DNA of 64,000 bases from an uncultured Candidatus Saccharibacteria bacterium (GCA_964521955.1 CAZFTX010000003.1:1517-65516), one strand, 5' to 3'; positions 10,861-20,744 are shown, numbered from the stretch's first letter. Numbers and translations are program-made. The notes: a model not told the origin generated them from the letters alone.

Positions 10861-11703
10861 TTACTGAATTTCTACTTCTTTAACAATTTTTAACTTTTCT
10901 TTTTGATATTCTTGTTCAATTGTTTCTAAATTCACCCCATGTTCAAGCTCATACAACCTAACTGCCATCATTAGTCTAAAAAATGAATATAACAAAGCCC
11001 CATAAAACCCCCTGACTCCGGCGCGCCAACCTTTTTTATAAAAAAGCCAAAAATATCTTGCCATACTTCCAAACATGTAATAAATAGAAAAACGTTTACC
11101 GTCCTTATACCTTTCTTCCGCCTCTGCTGAAGCATAACGTACATGACCTGAAACAAACTTTGTGAGGTCATACAAACTATAATGCCTCATGGAAAAATCT
11201 TTATTCTTAGGAAGATGCAAAATTTCTTCCTTAGGTCCCGTAAATTTACCCATTCCGTGAATTCGGTTTTCTCCAAAATTAACTTTATCCTTTTTAAAAA
11301 AACAAGAATAAGAAGCAGAAATAACCGGAACTTTGCTTTCCCCCCACAAATAAGTATCTATGGGAACATAAACATATGAATATTTATTTTCTTGGGAAAT
11401 TTTAGTTATTTCTTCAAGCAAAGTTTTTGGTAAAAAATTGTCAACATAACTCCAAAAAATCCACTCTGTCTTAATCAAAGTTTTAGCAAACTCCAACATC
11501 TCTTGAGTTTCAACCTGAACTTTTTCACTCTTGGGTCTAACTACAAACTTTGCGCCAAAACTTTCTGCGATTTCTTTTGTCCTGTCCGTGCTCCCTCCGT
11601 CAAGCAAAAAAACTTCCCCATAGGGCCTTAAGTTTCTAACTAAAAGTTCTATTCTTTTTTCTTCGTTAAATGTAAAAATTATAAATGAAATATTTTTTGT
11701 CAT
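10861..11703 (-). CDS. Glycosyltransferase family 2
   Basis: IFTFNEEKRI, LDGGSTDRT. Confidence 0.85.
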   Translation of the reverse strand: MTKNISFIIFTFNEEKRIELLVRNLRPYGEVFLLDGGSTDRTKEIAESFGAKFVVRPKSEKVQVETQEMLEFAKTLIKTEWIFWSYVDNFLPKTLLEEITKISQENKYSYVYVPIDTYLWGESKVPVISASYSCFFKKDKVNFGENRIHGMGKFTGPKEEILHLPKNKDFSMRHYSLYDLTKFVSGHVRYASAEAEERYKDGKRFSIYYMFGSMARYFWLFYKKGWRAGVRGFYGALLYSFFRLMMAVRLYELEHGVNLETIEQEYQKEKLKIVKEVEIQ

Positions 11704-11716
11704 ACAGATTTAATTT

Positions 11717-12646
11717 CTATATACCCGCCAACTTTTTTAAAAATACTTTAATTCTTTGATTTTTTAAAAATGTTTTTTTTGCCCAAGTAAGCATAAAACT
11801 ATAAACAATCCCCCAATAAAAACTAAACCACAACTTAAATTTAGAATATTTAATACCGTATAAATTAAAAATCCAAAGCATCCCCTCTTGGGTAGACCTT
11901 GCTCTTTTTGTCACTGTTTCAAGTCCCGGAAAACTGTCCCAACGTATGTTGTCTGCCCTAACCTTTACCAAAGGCTTGGCTACCACACATGCTGGTAAGT
12001 CTTTAGCTCCTTTTAAAATAACATACAAATGCATAGTCTGTGTTCCCACAAACTCTTCTTTACCGCTTAACGAAAGCCATACTTCTCTTTTAAAAATTTG
12101 GCAAGAAAGCCCACCAAAATACCCAACTAAATTTGTATAGTTATCTATACTTTTTACAAAATCAGAAAGCTTAGGAAAGATCTGGTCTTTTAAGATATGT
12201 AAATTTGGTTTGCTTACAACCGGTTTAATTAGTTGGTGGTCATAGCCCCAAGCATTGGCCAGCAAATAACCAAATTTATGCTCAGCAAGTATGTTTAAAA
12301 CATAAGCAAGCGAACCTTCAAACAAAGCATCATCATCTCCAAGCATCCAACAGTATTCCCCCTTTGCAAAAGGTACTAATTCTAAAGCATTTTTATCATA
12401 TCCCAAATTTATTGTATTCTTTCTATAAAAAATATTTGGATATTGTTTTTGAAAACTTTTTACCACTTCCTCTGTGTTATCTGTGCTTCCATTGTCTGAA
12501 ATTACAATCTCTACTTTATCTAAAACCTCTGTGTCTTTAAATTGAACTACTATACTTTCAAGACAAGTTGGTAAAAAGTCGGCCCTATTATATGTAGGAA
12601 TGCAAACACTAAGTAAGGGATTATTCATACTGGGAAATGAACTCAA
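11717..12646 (-). CDS. Glycosyltransferase family 2 (RfbV/WbaV abequosyltransferase-like)
   Basis: LSVCIPTYNR, SDNGSTDNT, YCWMLGDDD; adjacent to CDP-dideoxyhexose genes. Confidence 0.85.
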   Translation of the reverse strand: MSSFPSMNNPLLSVCIPTYNRADFLPTCLESIVVQFKDTEVLDKVEIVISDNGSTDNTEEVVKSFQKQYPNIFYRKNTINLGYDKNALELVPFAKGEYCWMLGDDDALFEGSLAYVLNILAEHKFGYLLANAWGYDHQLIKPVVSKPNLHILKDQIFPKLSDFVKSIDNYTNLVGYFGGLSCQIFKREVWLSLSGKEEFVGTQTMHLYVILKGAKDLPACVVAKPLVKVRADNIRWDSFPGLETVTKRARSTQEGMLWIFNLYGIKYSKFKLWFSFYWGIVYSFMLTWAKKTFLKNQRIKVFLKKLAGI

Positions 12647-13844
12647 GAAAAGTTTTTTCTAAATATTGTATTTGAGTAATATTTAAGCCCTGATGCGCTC
12701 CCAAAACCAATGCTTGGCGCATAATTGTATCTGTGTTTGGGTAAGAGTTAAAAGGTAAGCGTTTTTGAATTTTCAAAAAAGCCGGCTGTTTTAAAATATT
12801 TCCTGTAAACACTGGTCTAGTTTGAATATTTCGACTTTCCAAAAACTTTACTAAACCAAAGCGGGAAAAGGGACTCCCGGGTTTAATGATTAAAGGAAAA
12901 GCCAGCCAAACCACGTCCGCTTTTGAATTTTGTTTTCCTAAATAAAAATATTTCTCAAACTTTGAAAAAAACTTATACAAATGATTAAAATTCGACTGTC
13001 TAATTTTTACAAACTTTGGAAATTTCTTTAATTGCTCCAAAGCAAAAGCGGAAGAAATTTCTAATGGTAAAAAATTATAACCAATTTCGCTAAAAACAAA
13101 CTTTTCGTCATAAGGTACACCTCCAAGCTTGCTTCGAAAACGATTTTTCAACTGTTCAGAGTCTGACTTTTCACCAAACAAACTGCTGCGTCTTCCCCAC
13201 CCACGAAGCACCACTAACCTTTCCGCCCATTCTGGATTGTTTACGCATATCATTCCCCCACCCCCAGCACCGTTTATTATGTGTGAACCATAAAAAGAAG
13301 TTACGGAAATGTCAGTCATTAATCCGGTTGGCTTGCCTTTGTATTTAGCTCCCAAAGTATCGCAAGAGTCTTCTATTAAAAACAGTTTATGCTTTTTTGC
13401 TAGTTTGTTTAAACGCTCCAATTCAGGAATATTTCCCATAAGCGAGGGAATCATAAGCGCACGAGTCTTTTTTGAAATTGCCTTTTCTACTTGGTCAACG
13501 TTGACCTGAAAAGTTTGCAGGTCAACATCCACAAAAACCGGAACCAAACCTTTTTGAACTATAGGTGCGACAACCGTAGAAAAAGTCAAAAGTGGAGTTA
13601 TAACTTCACTGCCCTTTGGTAAGTTTAAAAGTTCAAAAGCAAGTAAATTAGCACTACTGCCAGAGTTAACCATGACTCCATATTTTTTACCAAACATTTT
13701 AGCAATTTTTTGTTCAAACTCTTTAGTCTTTTCCCCTAAAGCTGTATTACCTTCCAAGACTTTCACTACAGCTTGAATTTCTTCTTTTCCATGTACGGAA
13801 AAACCATAAGGAACTCGGATATTTTTACTGTTTTTTGCTTTCAT
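12621..13844 (-). CDS. DegT/DnrJ-family PLP/PMP enzyme, RfbH(E1)-like sugar 3-dehydratase
   Basis: NSGSSANL and EDSCDTLG; SFYGSH has His at the position of the Schiff-base Lys. Confidence 0.8.
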   Translation of the reverse strand: MKAKNSKNIRVPYGFSVHGKEEIQAVVKVLEGNTALGEKTKEFEQKIAKMFGKKYGVMVNSGSSANLLAFELLNLPKGSEVITPLLTFSTVVAPIVQKGLVPVFVDVDLQTFQVNVDQVEKAISKKTRALMIPSLMGNIPELERLNKLAKKHKLFLIEDSCDTLGAKYKGKPTGLMTDISVTSFYGSHIINGAGGGGMICVNNPEWAERLVVLRGWGRRSSLFGEKSDSEQLKNRFRSKLGGVPYDEKFVFSEIGYNFLPLEISSAFALEQLKKFPKFVKIRQSNFNHLYKFFSKFEKYFYLGKQNSKADVVWLAFPLIIKPGSPFSRFGLVKFLESRNIQTRPVFTGNILKQPAFLKIQKRLPFNSYPNTDTIMRQALVLGAHQGLNITQIQYLEKTFLEFISQYE

Positions 13845-13877
13845 GTTTACCTAAAAAAGTTTAAAATTTACCTTAAA

Positions 13878-13906
13878 ATTATACCCTTTTCAGTACTTTT
13901 GGTCAA
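13878..13906 (-). promoter_or_regulatory. Sigma70-type promoter restarting the glycan operon after cassette 1
   Basis: TTGACC-N17-TATAAT on the minus strand, 34 nt upstream of the ATG at 13844. Confidence 0.7.
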
Positions 13907-13909
13907 AAG

Positions 13910-13985
13910 AAAAACGCCCGGGGGAAGGTAAGTTCACGCCTCTTTCAATCAGGCGCACACTTAACTTCCTTCCCGGACGTTTTTT
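13910..13985 (-). terminator. Long imperfect GC-rich hairpin/terminator of cassette 1
   Basis: AAAAACGCCCGGGGGAAGGTAAG...CGCCT/AGGCG...CTTAACTTCCTTCCCGGACGTTTTT, with T tracts on both strands. Confidence 0.7.
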
Positions 13986-14087
13986 GCTTAGTATTCTATA
14001 CTCTTTCCTCCTTATCTGTGCCAGGCCCATGCATGAAGGCTAGGCACCATTCTTCTTTCTTCTTTAATGATTCGCAGAAACACCCAA

Positions 14088-14687
14088 CTAAATGATTCCT
14101 ACGTGTTTCTTAAATGCTTCCAAAGCAAATGGGATTATCACATCCCGATGCCCGGAGACAGTATTTGCCGGCAAAGCATTCACCGGAAACCACTGGCCGT
14201 TAGCCGGCTCACTTTGGGGAAAGGCCAAAAAAATCTTGCATTCGTACCAGCCCCTGCCTGTATTTTCCGGATAAACGTCGCCCACGAACACGAATTCAGT
14301 TGGGGTCTGAAACTCTTTTGCAACGAGCCTCTCCAAAGCACTCTCTCGCCCTGTGTCAGTATTGCGGAAACCGACCCCAAGCCCGGCCCATTGTGCAGAG
14401 TACCACTTGTCATCTTCAGGACGCTGTTCGAGAAGCACCTCAATCACACCGTTCTCCAGCTTACGAAACGCCACCCCCTCAGCCGCAATGTTGGTCATGT
14501 GGGGAGTCATAGCGTCGTACATCGTGGTACCCATGGGTGTCTTGGGATTTTTGAGGGAAAGCACGACGGCAATCGCACTACAAGCTCTAGCTTGATTTTC
14601 GGCAAATCCATTCTGATCAACCACCACCTGCCCCAAATTAACACCAATGAGAAACTCAATGGCATTTAATAGCTCCTGTGTCGACAT
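14088..14687 (-). CDS. Divergent NUDIX-fold protein on GC-richer cassette 1
   Basis: RBS AGGAGGTG precedes ATG 14687. EVLLEQRPEDDKWYSAQW...ALERLVAKEF and GQWFPVNALP align by eye to the neighbouring NUDIX protein. Confidence 0.7.
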   Translation of the reverse strand: MSTQELLNAIEFLIGVNLGQVVVDQNGFAENQARACSAIAVVLSLKNPKTPMGTTMYDAMTPHMTNIAAEGVAFRKLENGVIEVLLEQRPEDDKWYSAQWAGLGVGFRNTDTGRESALERLVAKEFQTPTEFVFVGDVYPENTGRGWYECKIFLAFPQSEPANGQWFPVNALPANTVSGHRDVIIPFALEAFKKHVGII

Positions 14688-14752
14688 TCGACACCTCCTG
14701 AAATTTGTCTTTTCGTCAACCTGCCCCAACTGTGAGTGGAAATTGACTAAAC

Positions 14753-14781
14753 ATTCTACAATAAACATACAAAAAAAGCAA
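14753..14781 (-). promoter_or_regulatory. Sigma70-type promoter of cassette 1
   Basis: TTGCTT-N17-TAGAAT. Confidence 0.55.
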
Positions 14782-14816
14782 GGCCAAAACCCTTTGCTTT
14801 TTTTAAACTTTTTTAC

Positions 14817-15297
14817 TTAAACCAATTTTAATTCCCGAAGCTTTTTATACAATATTTTATGTTCTTTTATTGTGTTTTTTGGTAAATTTTTAAAAAATGT
14901 TCCGTGTTGTAACATGCCTGACAAAATGCATAAAAAAAACCAATGAAACGTCATGTCCTCGAGGAGTTTTTTTGTAATTTATTGGAAATAAAAACTTAAA
15001 ATTTTTCAATTTAGCCCCAAGTTCATTTTTAGCAACTTTACCCAATCGAGTCTTGAAATCTTCATTCATTCTTAAAAGCCCACCCGGAATATGCCAGCCT
15101 TTCCACCACTGGTCTTCTCTGTAAGTTAAAAGTATCTCTTTCTTTGCATTTACCACAACCAATTCACAAGCAGAAAAAGGAACAATTTTAGTTAGTGCAT
15201 TAAAGACTTCCCCCGGCAAACCTTTTTCTGGATTTGGAAGCTTGCCTAAAAGTTCAACTAATTCTTTTATTTCCTTTTGAGTAATTTTATTCATCAA
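14817..15297 (-). pseudogene. NUDIX hydrolase (GDP-mannose mannosyl hydrolase-like), frameshifted at a T8 tract
   Basis: WHIPGGLLRMNED motif. Removing one base from A8 at 14932-14939 restores VFLCILSGMLQHGTFFKNLPKNTIKEHKILYKKLRELKLV, ending at the stop at 14817. Could be a sequencing error. Confidence 0.65.
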
Positions 15298-16180
15298 ATC
15301 CTAAATCTTCTTTTTTAACATTATGCAAATTTTCTTTATACCATATAACCATTTCTTCAATAGCTTTTTTGTGTGGTGTAAATTTAAAATCCCCCAAACT
15401 TTTTTTAAGCAAATCTGCATTACAAGTATACTCTTTGCCCATCCCCTGGTTTTTTACTTTAATTTCAGTTATTCCCCCGGTAGCTTCTTTAACCATTTCT
15501 GCCAACTCCAATATTTCTACAGGATCCCCCGAACTTGCGTTATAAGCTCTTTCCTTTGGTTCATTTAAAATAAAATGCTCAATTATTCTAACTAAGTCGT
15601 TTACATATAAAAAGTCAAATTTTACATTTTGGTTTAAAACTATAGGAAGCCCAAAAAGCGCCCGACATATGGCATTTGAAACAATTCTTACTTTGTAATC
15701 CTCATATTTTCCAAAAATACTAAAACAACGCAAATTTAAAAAGCCTTCATGATTTAAAATATATTCCGAAGCAAAAACTTTTGCTTTACCATACTCATCA
15801 ACAGGTAACACTTTCCCAAAATCGGTCTCTTTTGCCATTACCACAGCTGTCTGTTTTCCATACTCAGCCCCACTACCAAGAAAAATCATTCTTCCAAAAT
15901 AGTGTTTATTTTCAGCCAAATTCAAAAACATCTGTTTATTGGTCTCAAACAAATCTAACTTACCGGGAACGTCACTTCTCTTTCCGCCTACGTTTGCAGC
16001 ATGAATTACAACATCAAACTTATTTAGTTTTAAAAATTGACTAACAGCTTCCCTGTTTAACAAATCCAACTCAGCATGACCAGGGTGTAAAATTTCAAAA
16101 TTTTGGGATAACTGATCTATAATATTTCGCCCAATAAATCCGGCCGAACCTGTCAAAAAAACTTTTTTATGCTTTAACAT
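15287..16180 (-). CDS. NAD-dependent epimerase/reductase (extended SDR; possibly YerF-like)
   Basis: TGSAGFIG, GSGAEYG, YGKAK. Confidence 0.85.
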   Translation of the reverse strand: MLKHKKVFLTGSAGFIGRNIIDQLSQNFEILHPGHAELDLLNREAVSQFLKLNKFDVVIHAANVGGKRSDVPGKLDLFETNKQMFLNLAENKHYFGRMIFLGSGAEYGKQTAVVMAKETDFGKVLPVDEYGKAKVFASEYILNHEGFLNLRCFSIFGKYEDYKVRIVSNAICRALFGLPIVLNQNVKFDFLYVNDLVRIIEHFILNEPKERAYNASSGDPVEILELAEMVKEATGGITEIKVKNQGMGKEYTCNADLLKKSLGDFKFTPHKKAIEEMVIWYKENLHNVKKEDLGFDE

Positions 16181-16802
16181 GATTTAGTAAAATTTTATCC
16201 AATTGTTGAAAATTACCCGCAAACTTCTCCGGAGAAGCAGAAATTAATTCTTTTTTTGAATGAAAACCCCAACCCACCGCACATGTTTTAATTTTTACCG
16301 CTTGTGCTTCCCTTAAATCCCCGACTGTGTCAGTAACCAAAATTATATTCTTTACCAAATACCTTTGTTTCAATTTCATAAAGGTATGTCTTTTCCCGTT
16401 TTTATTTAAACCATAAATTTTAGTAAAAAACTTATCCAGTTTATTTTTTTTTAGAAGACTAAATACAGCCACCTCGGGCGATGAAGTAACTATACACATA
16501 TCAGTTAATTTATAAAGGTTTTTAAGTATTTTTATTGAGGGACCAAAAAAATTTAACCGACTGGAACTGTAATTTTTCTTTATTAATTCTCTTTTTATTT
16601 GGGCAAACTTTAAGACATCTGCCCTTTTTAGTTTAAGAATTTCCGTAAGCCCCGCATGGATATTGCCGCTAAACCCTTTTAAATAATCTCTTTTTAACAA
16701 CACTTTGCCTAACTTACCGGCAGCGAGTTTATTTATTTTATACCAAACGTCCAAAGAGTCTACCAAAACTCCATCAAAATCAAAAACGATTAATTTCTTC
16801 AT
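16167..16802 (-). CDS. HAD-superfamily hydrolase
   Basis: FDFDGVLVDS, VTSS, TDTVGDL, VGWGF. Confidence 0.88.
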   Translation of the reverse strand: MKKLIVFDFDGVLVDSLDVWYKINKLAAGKLGKVLLKRDYLKGFSGNIHAGLTEILKLKRADVLKFAQIKRELIKKNYSSSRLNFFGPSIKILKNLYKLTDMCIVTSSPEVAVFSLLKKNKLDKFFTKIYGLNKNGKRHTFMKLKQRYLVKNIILVTDTVGDLREAQAVKIKTCAVGWGFHSKKELISASPEKFAGNFQQLDKILLNHVKA

Positions 16803-16814
16803 TAAATTTATGTT

Positions 16815-17381
16815 TTAAAACTTTGCCAATAACGCCTTCATAAAAACCCCAATGTCCCTTGGATGCCTGGAAGTAATAATGTTTCCGTCTTCCACTACTG
16901 GTTCGTCTACATACAAAGCTCCGGAATTAACTATGTCATCCTTTATTCCTACATAGCCTGTAGCTTTCTTCCCTTTTAACAAACCAGCGGAAATTAAAAT
17001 CCAAGGGCCATGGCAAAAAGCAGCAACAATCTTTTTTTGCTCATACATTTTCCTGACAAATTCTAAAACTTCAGGTATTTGCCTAACCCTGTCCGGAGCC
17101 TCAAAACCTCCTGGTAAAAGCACTAAATCGTATTTTTCCGCGTCCAATTTTTTTGCATCAACCAATTCCCCATAATACCTCACCATTAATTCAAGAGGAA
17201 AATTTAAGCGTCCATTAACTAATTTTGCGTCTTTTGTTGCAATATCTACTGTAAAACCTTCTTCCTTTAAACGCATTATTGGATACATCACTTCTTCGTC
17301 TTCAAACCCTTCTGCGGTAATAATAACTGCTCTTTTTTGCATAGTTTTAATCTCCGACTTATTTTTTAATTTTCTTCCCAA
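16815..17381 (-). CDS. PfpI/DJ-1 family protein
   Basis: GFEDEE, LPGG, AAFCHGPW nucleophile elbow, VVEDGNIITSRHP. Confidence 0.9.
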   Translation of the reverse strand: MGRKLKNKSEIKTMQKRAVIITAEGFEDEEVMYPIMRLKEEGFTVDIATKDAKLVNGRLNFPLELMVRYYGELVDAKKLDAEKYDLVLLPGGFEAPDRVRQIPEVLEFVRKMYEQKKIVAAFCHGPWILISAGLLKGKKATGYVGIKDDIVNSGALYVDEPVVEDGNIITSRHPRDIGVFMKALLAKF

Positions 17382-19177
17382 AATGGAATAAACATATTAT
17401 GCTTAAATTCATCCCTGTCCAAAAATGGATACATGTCCTCTAAAGGCTTACTTATCATTGTACCATCCGCCAGTTTTTCCGAATAGACTTTGGGCAAAAG
17501 TGGCTGAGTATGCGACATGTTTATATCGCAAATTACTGGCCCTGAAAAATTTAAAGTTTCCTCAATTTTCTTTTCAATTTCACTATGATTCGGAATGTGT
17601 ACATAACCAAGTCCAAAAGTTTCTGCAACTTTAGCAAAAGACGGAAAACTTACCCCGGTCTTTTCATTTACGGCTGCCAAGTTCCCATGAAAAAATGAAT
17701 TCTGTGTATTTTTTATGGCTAAATAACCGTTGTTGTTTAATAAAAATATTTTTACTGGAATTTTATGATAAGCAATTGTCTGCAACTCCTGTAAATTTAA
17801 CATAATACTTCCTTCTCCGGTAATTAAAATAATTCTATCTTTACCAGTTGCAAACCATGCCCCTATTGCCGAAGGCAAGTCATACCCCATGGAAGCACAG
17901 CCAATACTCGAATGTAATTGCTGATCTTTTTTTGTTTTAAAGCATTGCAAAGTTCCCGTAAAAGAAGTTCCCACTCCCGTCATAATTATTTCCCCTTCCT
18001 TCAATTTATCGGAAAGCACATGGGTAAAATAATATGAATTTACAAAGTCAGTTTCGTTTTTATAGTTTGGATCAACAACCGGATATTTTTGCTTCCATTC
18101 TAAACACTTCGTCATCCATTCCTTCGCATTTTCAACCGGTTGTGCCTGCTTACTCAATTCTTCAATAAATAATTTAGCATCCACATTTATGGCTAAATCA
18201 GGAATCACAGTTTTTTTCTTTAATTCTTCTGCATCTATGTCAACAACGACTTTTTTTGCACCACGGGCAAATGCCTGATAAGTATAACCAATATTCCACA
18301 AATGATGTCTCGCGCCAATGCTAATTAGCAAGTCAGAATTTTGAATGGCAAAATTACCTGCGCGATCACCAAACACACCAGGACGACCAATATACAACTC
18401 ATGCGAAGTAGGAACTAAATCATGGGCTGACATGGAAGTCAATGTAGGAATTCCAAGTTTTTCCGCTAATTCTAAAAACTCTTTTCCTGCCTTCGCTAAA
18501 CGAATTCCATGACCCGCAAAAAGCACAGGTCTTTTTGCTTTTTTCATCCATTCTAAAACAGTCTTAATTTTAGAATCCAACTCAGGCTCATTCCTAAAAA
18601 CATTTAAATTTTCTTCCTCCGGAACAAATTTTCTCAAATCATTTTCTTCCACTATCATACCTTGAATGTCAGAAGGAATATCCAAAAGCACCGGCCCAGG
18701 CCTGCCGGTTTTTGCCAAAAACACAGCTTTTTCCAAATGATACTTTACGTCTTTCCAGTCCAAAATTTCAACACAATATTTTGTTATTGGACGGGCAATA
18801 TCGGCAATATTAATTTCCTGAACTCCCAACTGCCTTAAATGAGTTCCTGTTATCATATTATCTCTTTTAACCTGTCCTGAAATATATAAGGCTGGAATTG
18901 AATCGGTCCATGCTCCCATAACTCCTGTAAGCATATTTGTCGCCGCCGGCCCAACAGTCGAAATGCAAACACCAATATTCCCCCCAACTCTTCCATAACT
19001 CTCCGCCGCCATTGCGCAAGCCTGTTCATGATGGTTACAAATATATTTTAATTTTGAACTTTTTGCAACCGAATCAACTAAATGCATATTTCCACCTCCG
19101 GAAATTAAAAAAACATGCTTAACCCCCAAGGAAGCAATATAGTCAACAATTAAATCGGATACTTTAATTTTTGCCAT
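17366..19177 (-). CDS. Thiamine-diphosphate-dependent acetolactate-synthase-like enzyme (YerE-like)
   Basis: HHEQACAMAAE, GRPGPVLLDIP, TPP motif GEGSIMLNLQEL...LNNNGY; located in the CDP-sugar cluster. Confidence 0.85.
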   Translation of the reverse strand: MAKIKVSDLIVDYIASLGVKHVFLISGGGNMHLVDSVAKSSKLKYICNHHEQACAMAAESYGRVGGNIGVCISTVGPAATNMLTGVMGAWTDSIPALYISGQVKRDNMITGTHLRQLGVQEINIADIARPITKYCVEILDWKDVKYHLEKAVFLAKTGRPGPVLLDIPSDIQGMIVEENDLRKFVPEEENLNVFRNEPELDSKIKTVLEWMKKAKRPVLFAGHGIRLAKAGKEFLELAEKLGIPTLTSMSAHDLVPTSHELYIGRPGVFGDRAGNFAIQNSDLLISIGARHHLWNIGYTYQAFARGAKKVVVDIDAEELKKKTVIPDLAINVDAKLFIEELSKQAQPVENAKEWMTKCLEWKQKYPVVDPNYKNETDFVNSYYFTHVLSDKLKEGEIIMTGVGTSFTGTLQCFKTKKDQQLHSSIGCASMGYDLPSAIGAWFATGKDRIILITGEGSIMLNLQELQTIAYHKIPVKIFLLNNNGYLAIKNTQNSFFHGNLAAVNEKTGVSFPSFAKVAETFGLGYVHIPNHSEIEKKIEETLNFSGPVICDINMSHTQPLLPKVYSEKLADGTMISKPLEDMYPFLDRDEFKHNMFIPFWEEN

Positions 19178-19183
19178 ATTTTA

Positions 19184-19951
19184 TTAATGTATGCTTAAAA
19201 GATTAAATGAATTTTTTAGCGGTAAAAACTTATGGGAATTTTCCAAAAACCACTTACCCTCACATACCTCGCCAACTTCTAGTACTGTTCTATTTTTTAA
19301 ATCCACCACCTCGGCGTCCAAAAAACTGATTACACAAAAATCCCTTTGTTTTATTTCAGTTTTTAAATTTTCCCAATTTTCCTGTTCGTGTAAAATAACT
19401 TTTTTATCTTTAATTATTTTTTCAGCCATCTGCCTTTCTTTCGCAGGATCTTGATGAAAATCTGCATATTCATATTTACCCAAGTCTCTAGATGTTTTAT
19501 CTATACCCTCATAACCCTGGTTTTCTCTACCATACTCATCTTTTAACCGAACCAAATCACTTTTTTCCGGTGGTGTTTCAATTTCCATAATAAACGCCCC
19601 ACCTTCTGACAATGCCTTGGTAGAGTGAAAAACGCCTCGATCAATTATTAACCCATCCATGGTCTTTAAAGTAAAGTTTGTATTTAAAAATGCAGTATTC
19701 ACACTTCCGCTTAAAACCAAAAGAGAAGTTTTTTTCTTAGGGTGGCAATGCATAGACGTATTTGCCATATGTTTTAAAAAAAGCACCCAGACAGCAATTT
19801 TATCGTTTTCAAATATTAAATATTCGTAGCCCCAAGGTTTGTCTACTACCAAACCTTTATAATCTATTTTAGAAACAGAAGCAGGCACAAGCACCCTTTT
19901 TAATGAAAGGTTATACAAATCTGATTCGGCTGGAAAAATTTTTTTAATCAT
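19184..19951 (-). CDS. Cupin-domain protein (mannose-6-phosphate isomerase type II C-terminal-like)
   Basis: KPWGYEY, TSMHCHPKK, VFHST, EIETPP, DLVRLKDEYGR. Confidence 0.75.
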   Translation of the reverse strand: MIKKIFPAESDLYNLSLKRVLVPASVSKIDYKGLVVDKPWGYEYLIFENDKIAVWVLFLKHMANTSMHCHPKKKTSLLVLSGSVNTAFLNTNFTLKTMDGLIIDRGVFHSTKALSEGGAFIMEIETPPEKSDLVRLKDEYGRENQGYEGIDKTSRDLGKYEYADFHQDPAKERQMAEKIIKDKKVILHEQENWENLKTEIKQRDFCVISFLDAEVVDLKNRTVLEVGEVCEGKWFLENSHKFLPLKNSFNLLSIH

Positions 19952-20738
19952 TCAAATCAGCATGCTTTAACCAAAACTCAGAATTTTTTTCACTGAGTTC
20001 ATTTAAATAATTATATTCTCTATCGTTATCCAAACATTGCCAAAAACCTTCGTGTTGAAAAATTGCAATTTGTTTATCTACTACCATGCCTTTAAAAATT
20101 TCCTTTTCTAAAACACATTCATTAAACGGAGTCAGTCGTTGAAAAACAGCAGGCTTAAAAACCATAAACCCGCCATTAACCCAACCATTAGGGCTTTTCA
20201 AACGTGAAGTTTCTTTATATTCTACTGGCACACCTTCCTGAAGAAAAAATTCTCCATACCTAAATGGCGGCATAACACCGCTAACTGTGGCTATCTTCCC
20301 TGAAGTTTTATGAAAAGCAAGTAATTTTTTTATATTTATATCGGCCAAACAATCGGAATAACTAACAAAAAAATCTTCATTTTCCAAATATTTCTGACAT
20401 CTAAACAACCTTGCGCCAGTACCGCTCTCCTCACCGGTTTCAACAAAAGTAATTTTCCAATTTTCTTCTAAATGCTGGGTACTAAACTCTGGCAAAGGCT
20501 GACCTAATGTAAAAGTTAGGTCATTAACATTTTGATCGTAATGCAAAAAATAATCACGAATTAAATTGCTATTTTTTCCCAAAGCCAAAACAAACTCTGT
20601 GAATCCAAATTGAGCAAAACTCTTCATAACGTGCCATAAAAGAGGCTTATGGCCAATCTTAACCATGGCTTTCGGAACAAAGTCTAAAGAATTATGCAAA
20701 CGAATACCAGAACCCCCACATAAAATTACTACTTTCAT
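19944..20738 (-). CDS. rfbF: Glucose-1-phosphate cytidylyltransferase-like protein
   Basis: ILCGGSGIRL, PKAMVKIG, ETGEESGTGARL, VNGGFMV, HEGFWQCLD. Confidence 0.8.
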   Translation of the reverse strand: MKVVILCGGSGIRLHNSLDFVPKAMVKIGHKPLLWHVMKSFAQFGFTEFVLALGKNSNLIRDYFLHYDQNVNDLTFTLGQPLPEFSTQHLEENWKITFVETGEESGTGARLFRCQKYLENEDFFVSYSDCLADINIKKLLAFHKTSGKIATVSGVMPPFRYGEFFLQEGVPVEYKETSRLKSPNGWVNGGFMVFKPAVFQRLTPFNECVLEKEIFKGMVVDKQIAIFQHEGFWQCLDNDREYNYLNELSEKNSEFWLKHADLND

Positions 20739-20744
20739 AACTTT

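Noticed and set aside
14067-14669. 200-aa plus-strand ORF, and other overlapping ORFs in the three cassettes
   Set aside because: Antisense or alternative-frame shadows expected in GC-richer DNA. Promoter, RBS and protein motifs support the chosen frames.
13852-14815. 15-bp inverted repeat (TAAAAAAGTTTAAAA) flanking cassette 1 as possible terminal inverted repeats
   Set aside because: Very low complexity in an AT-rich genome, and no equivalent was found at the other two cassettes.
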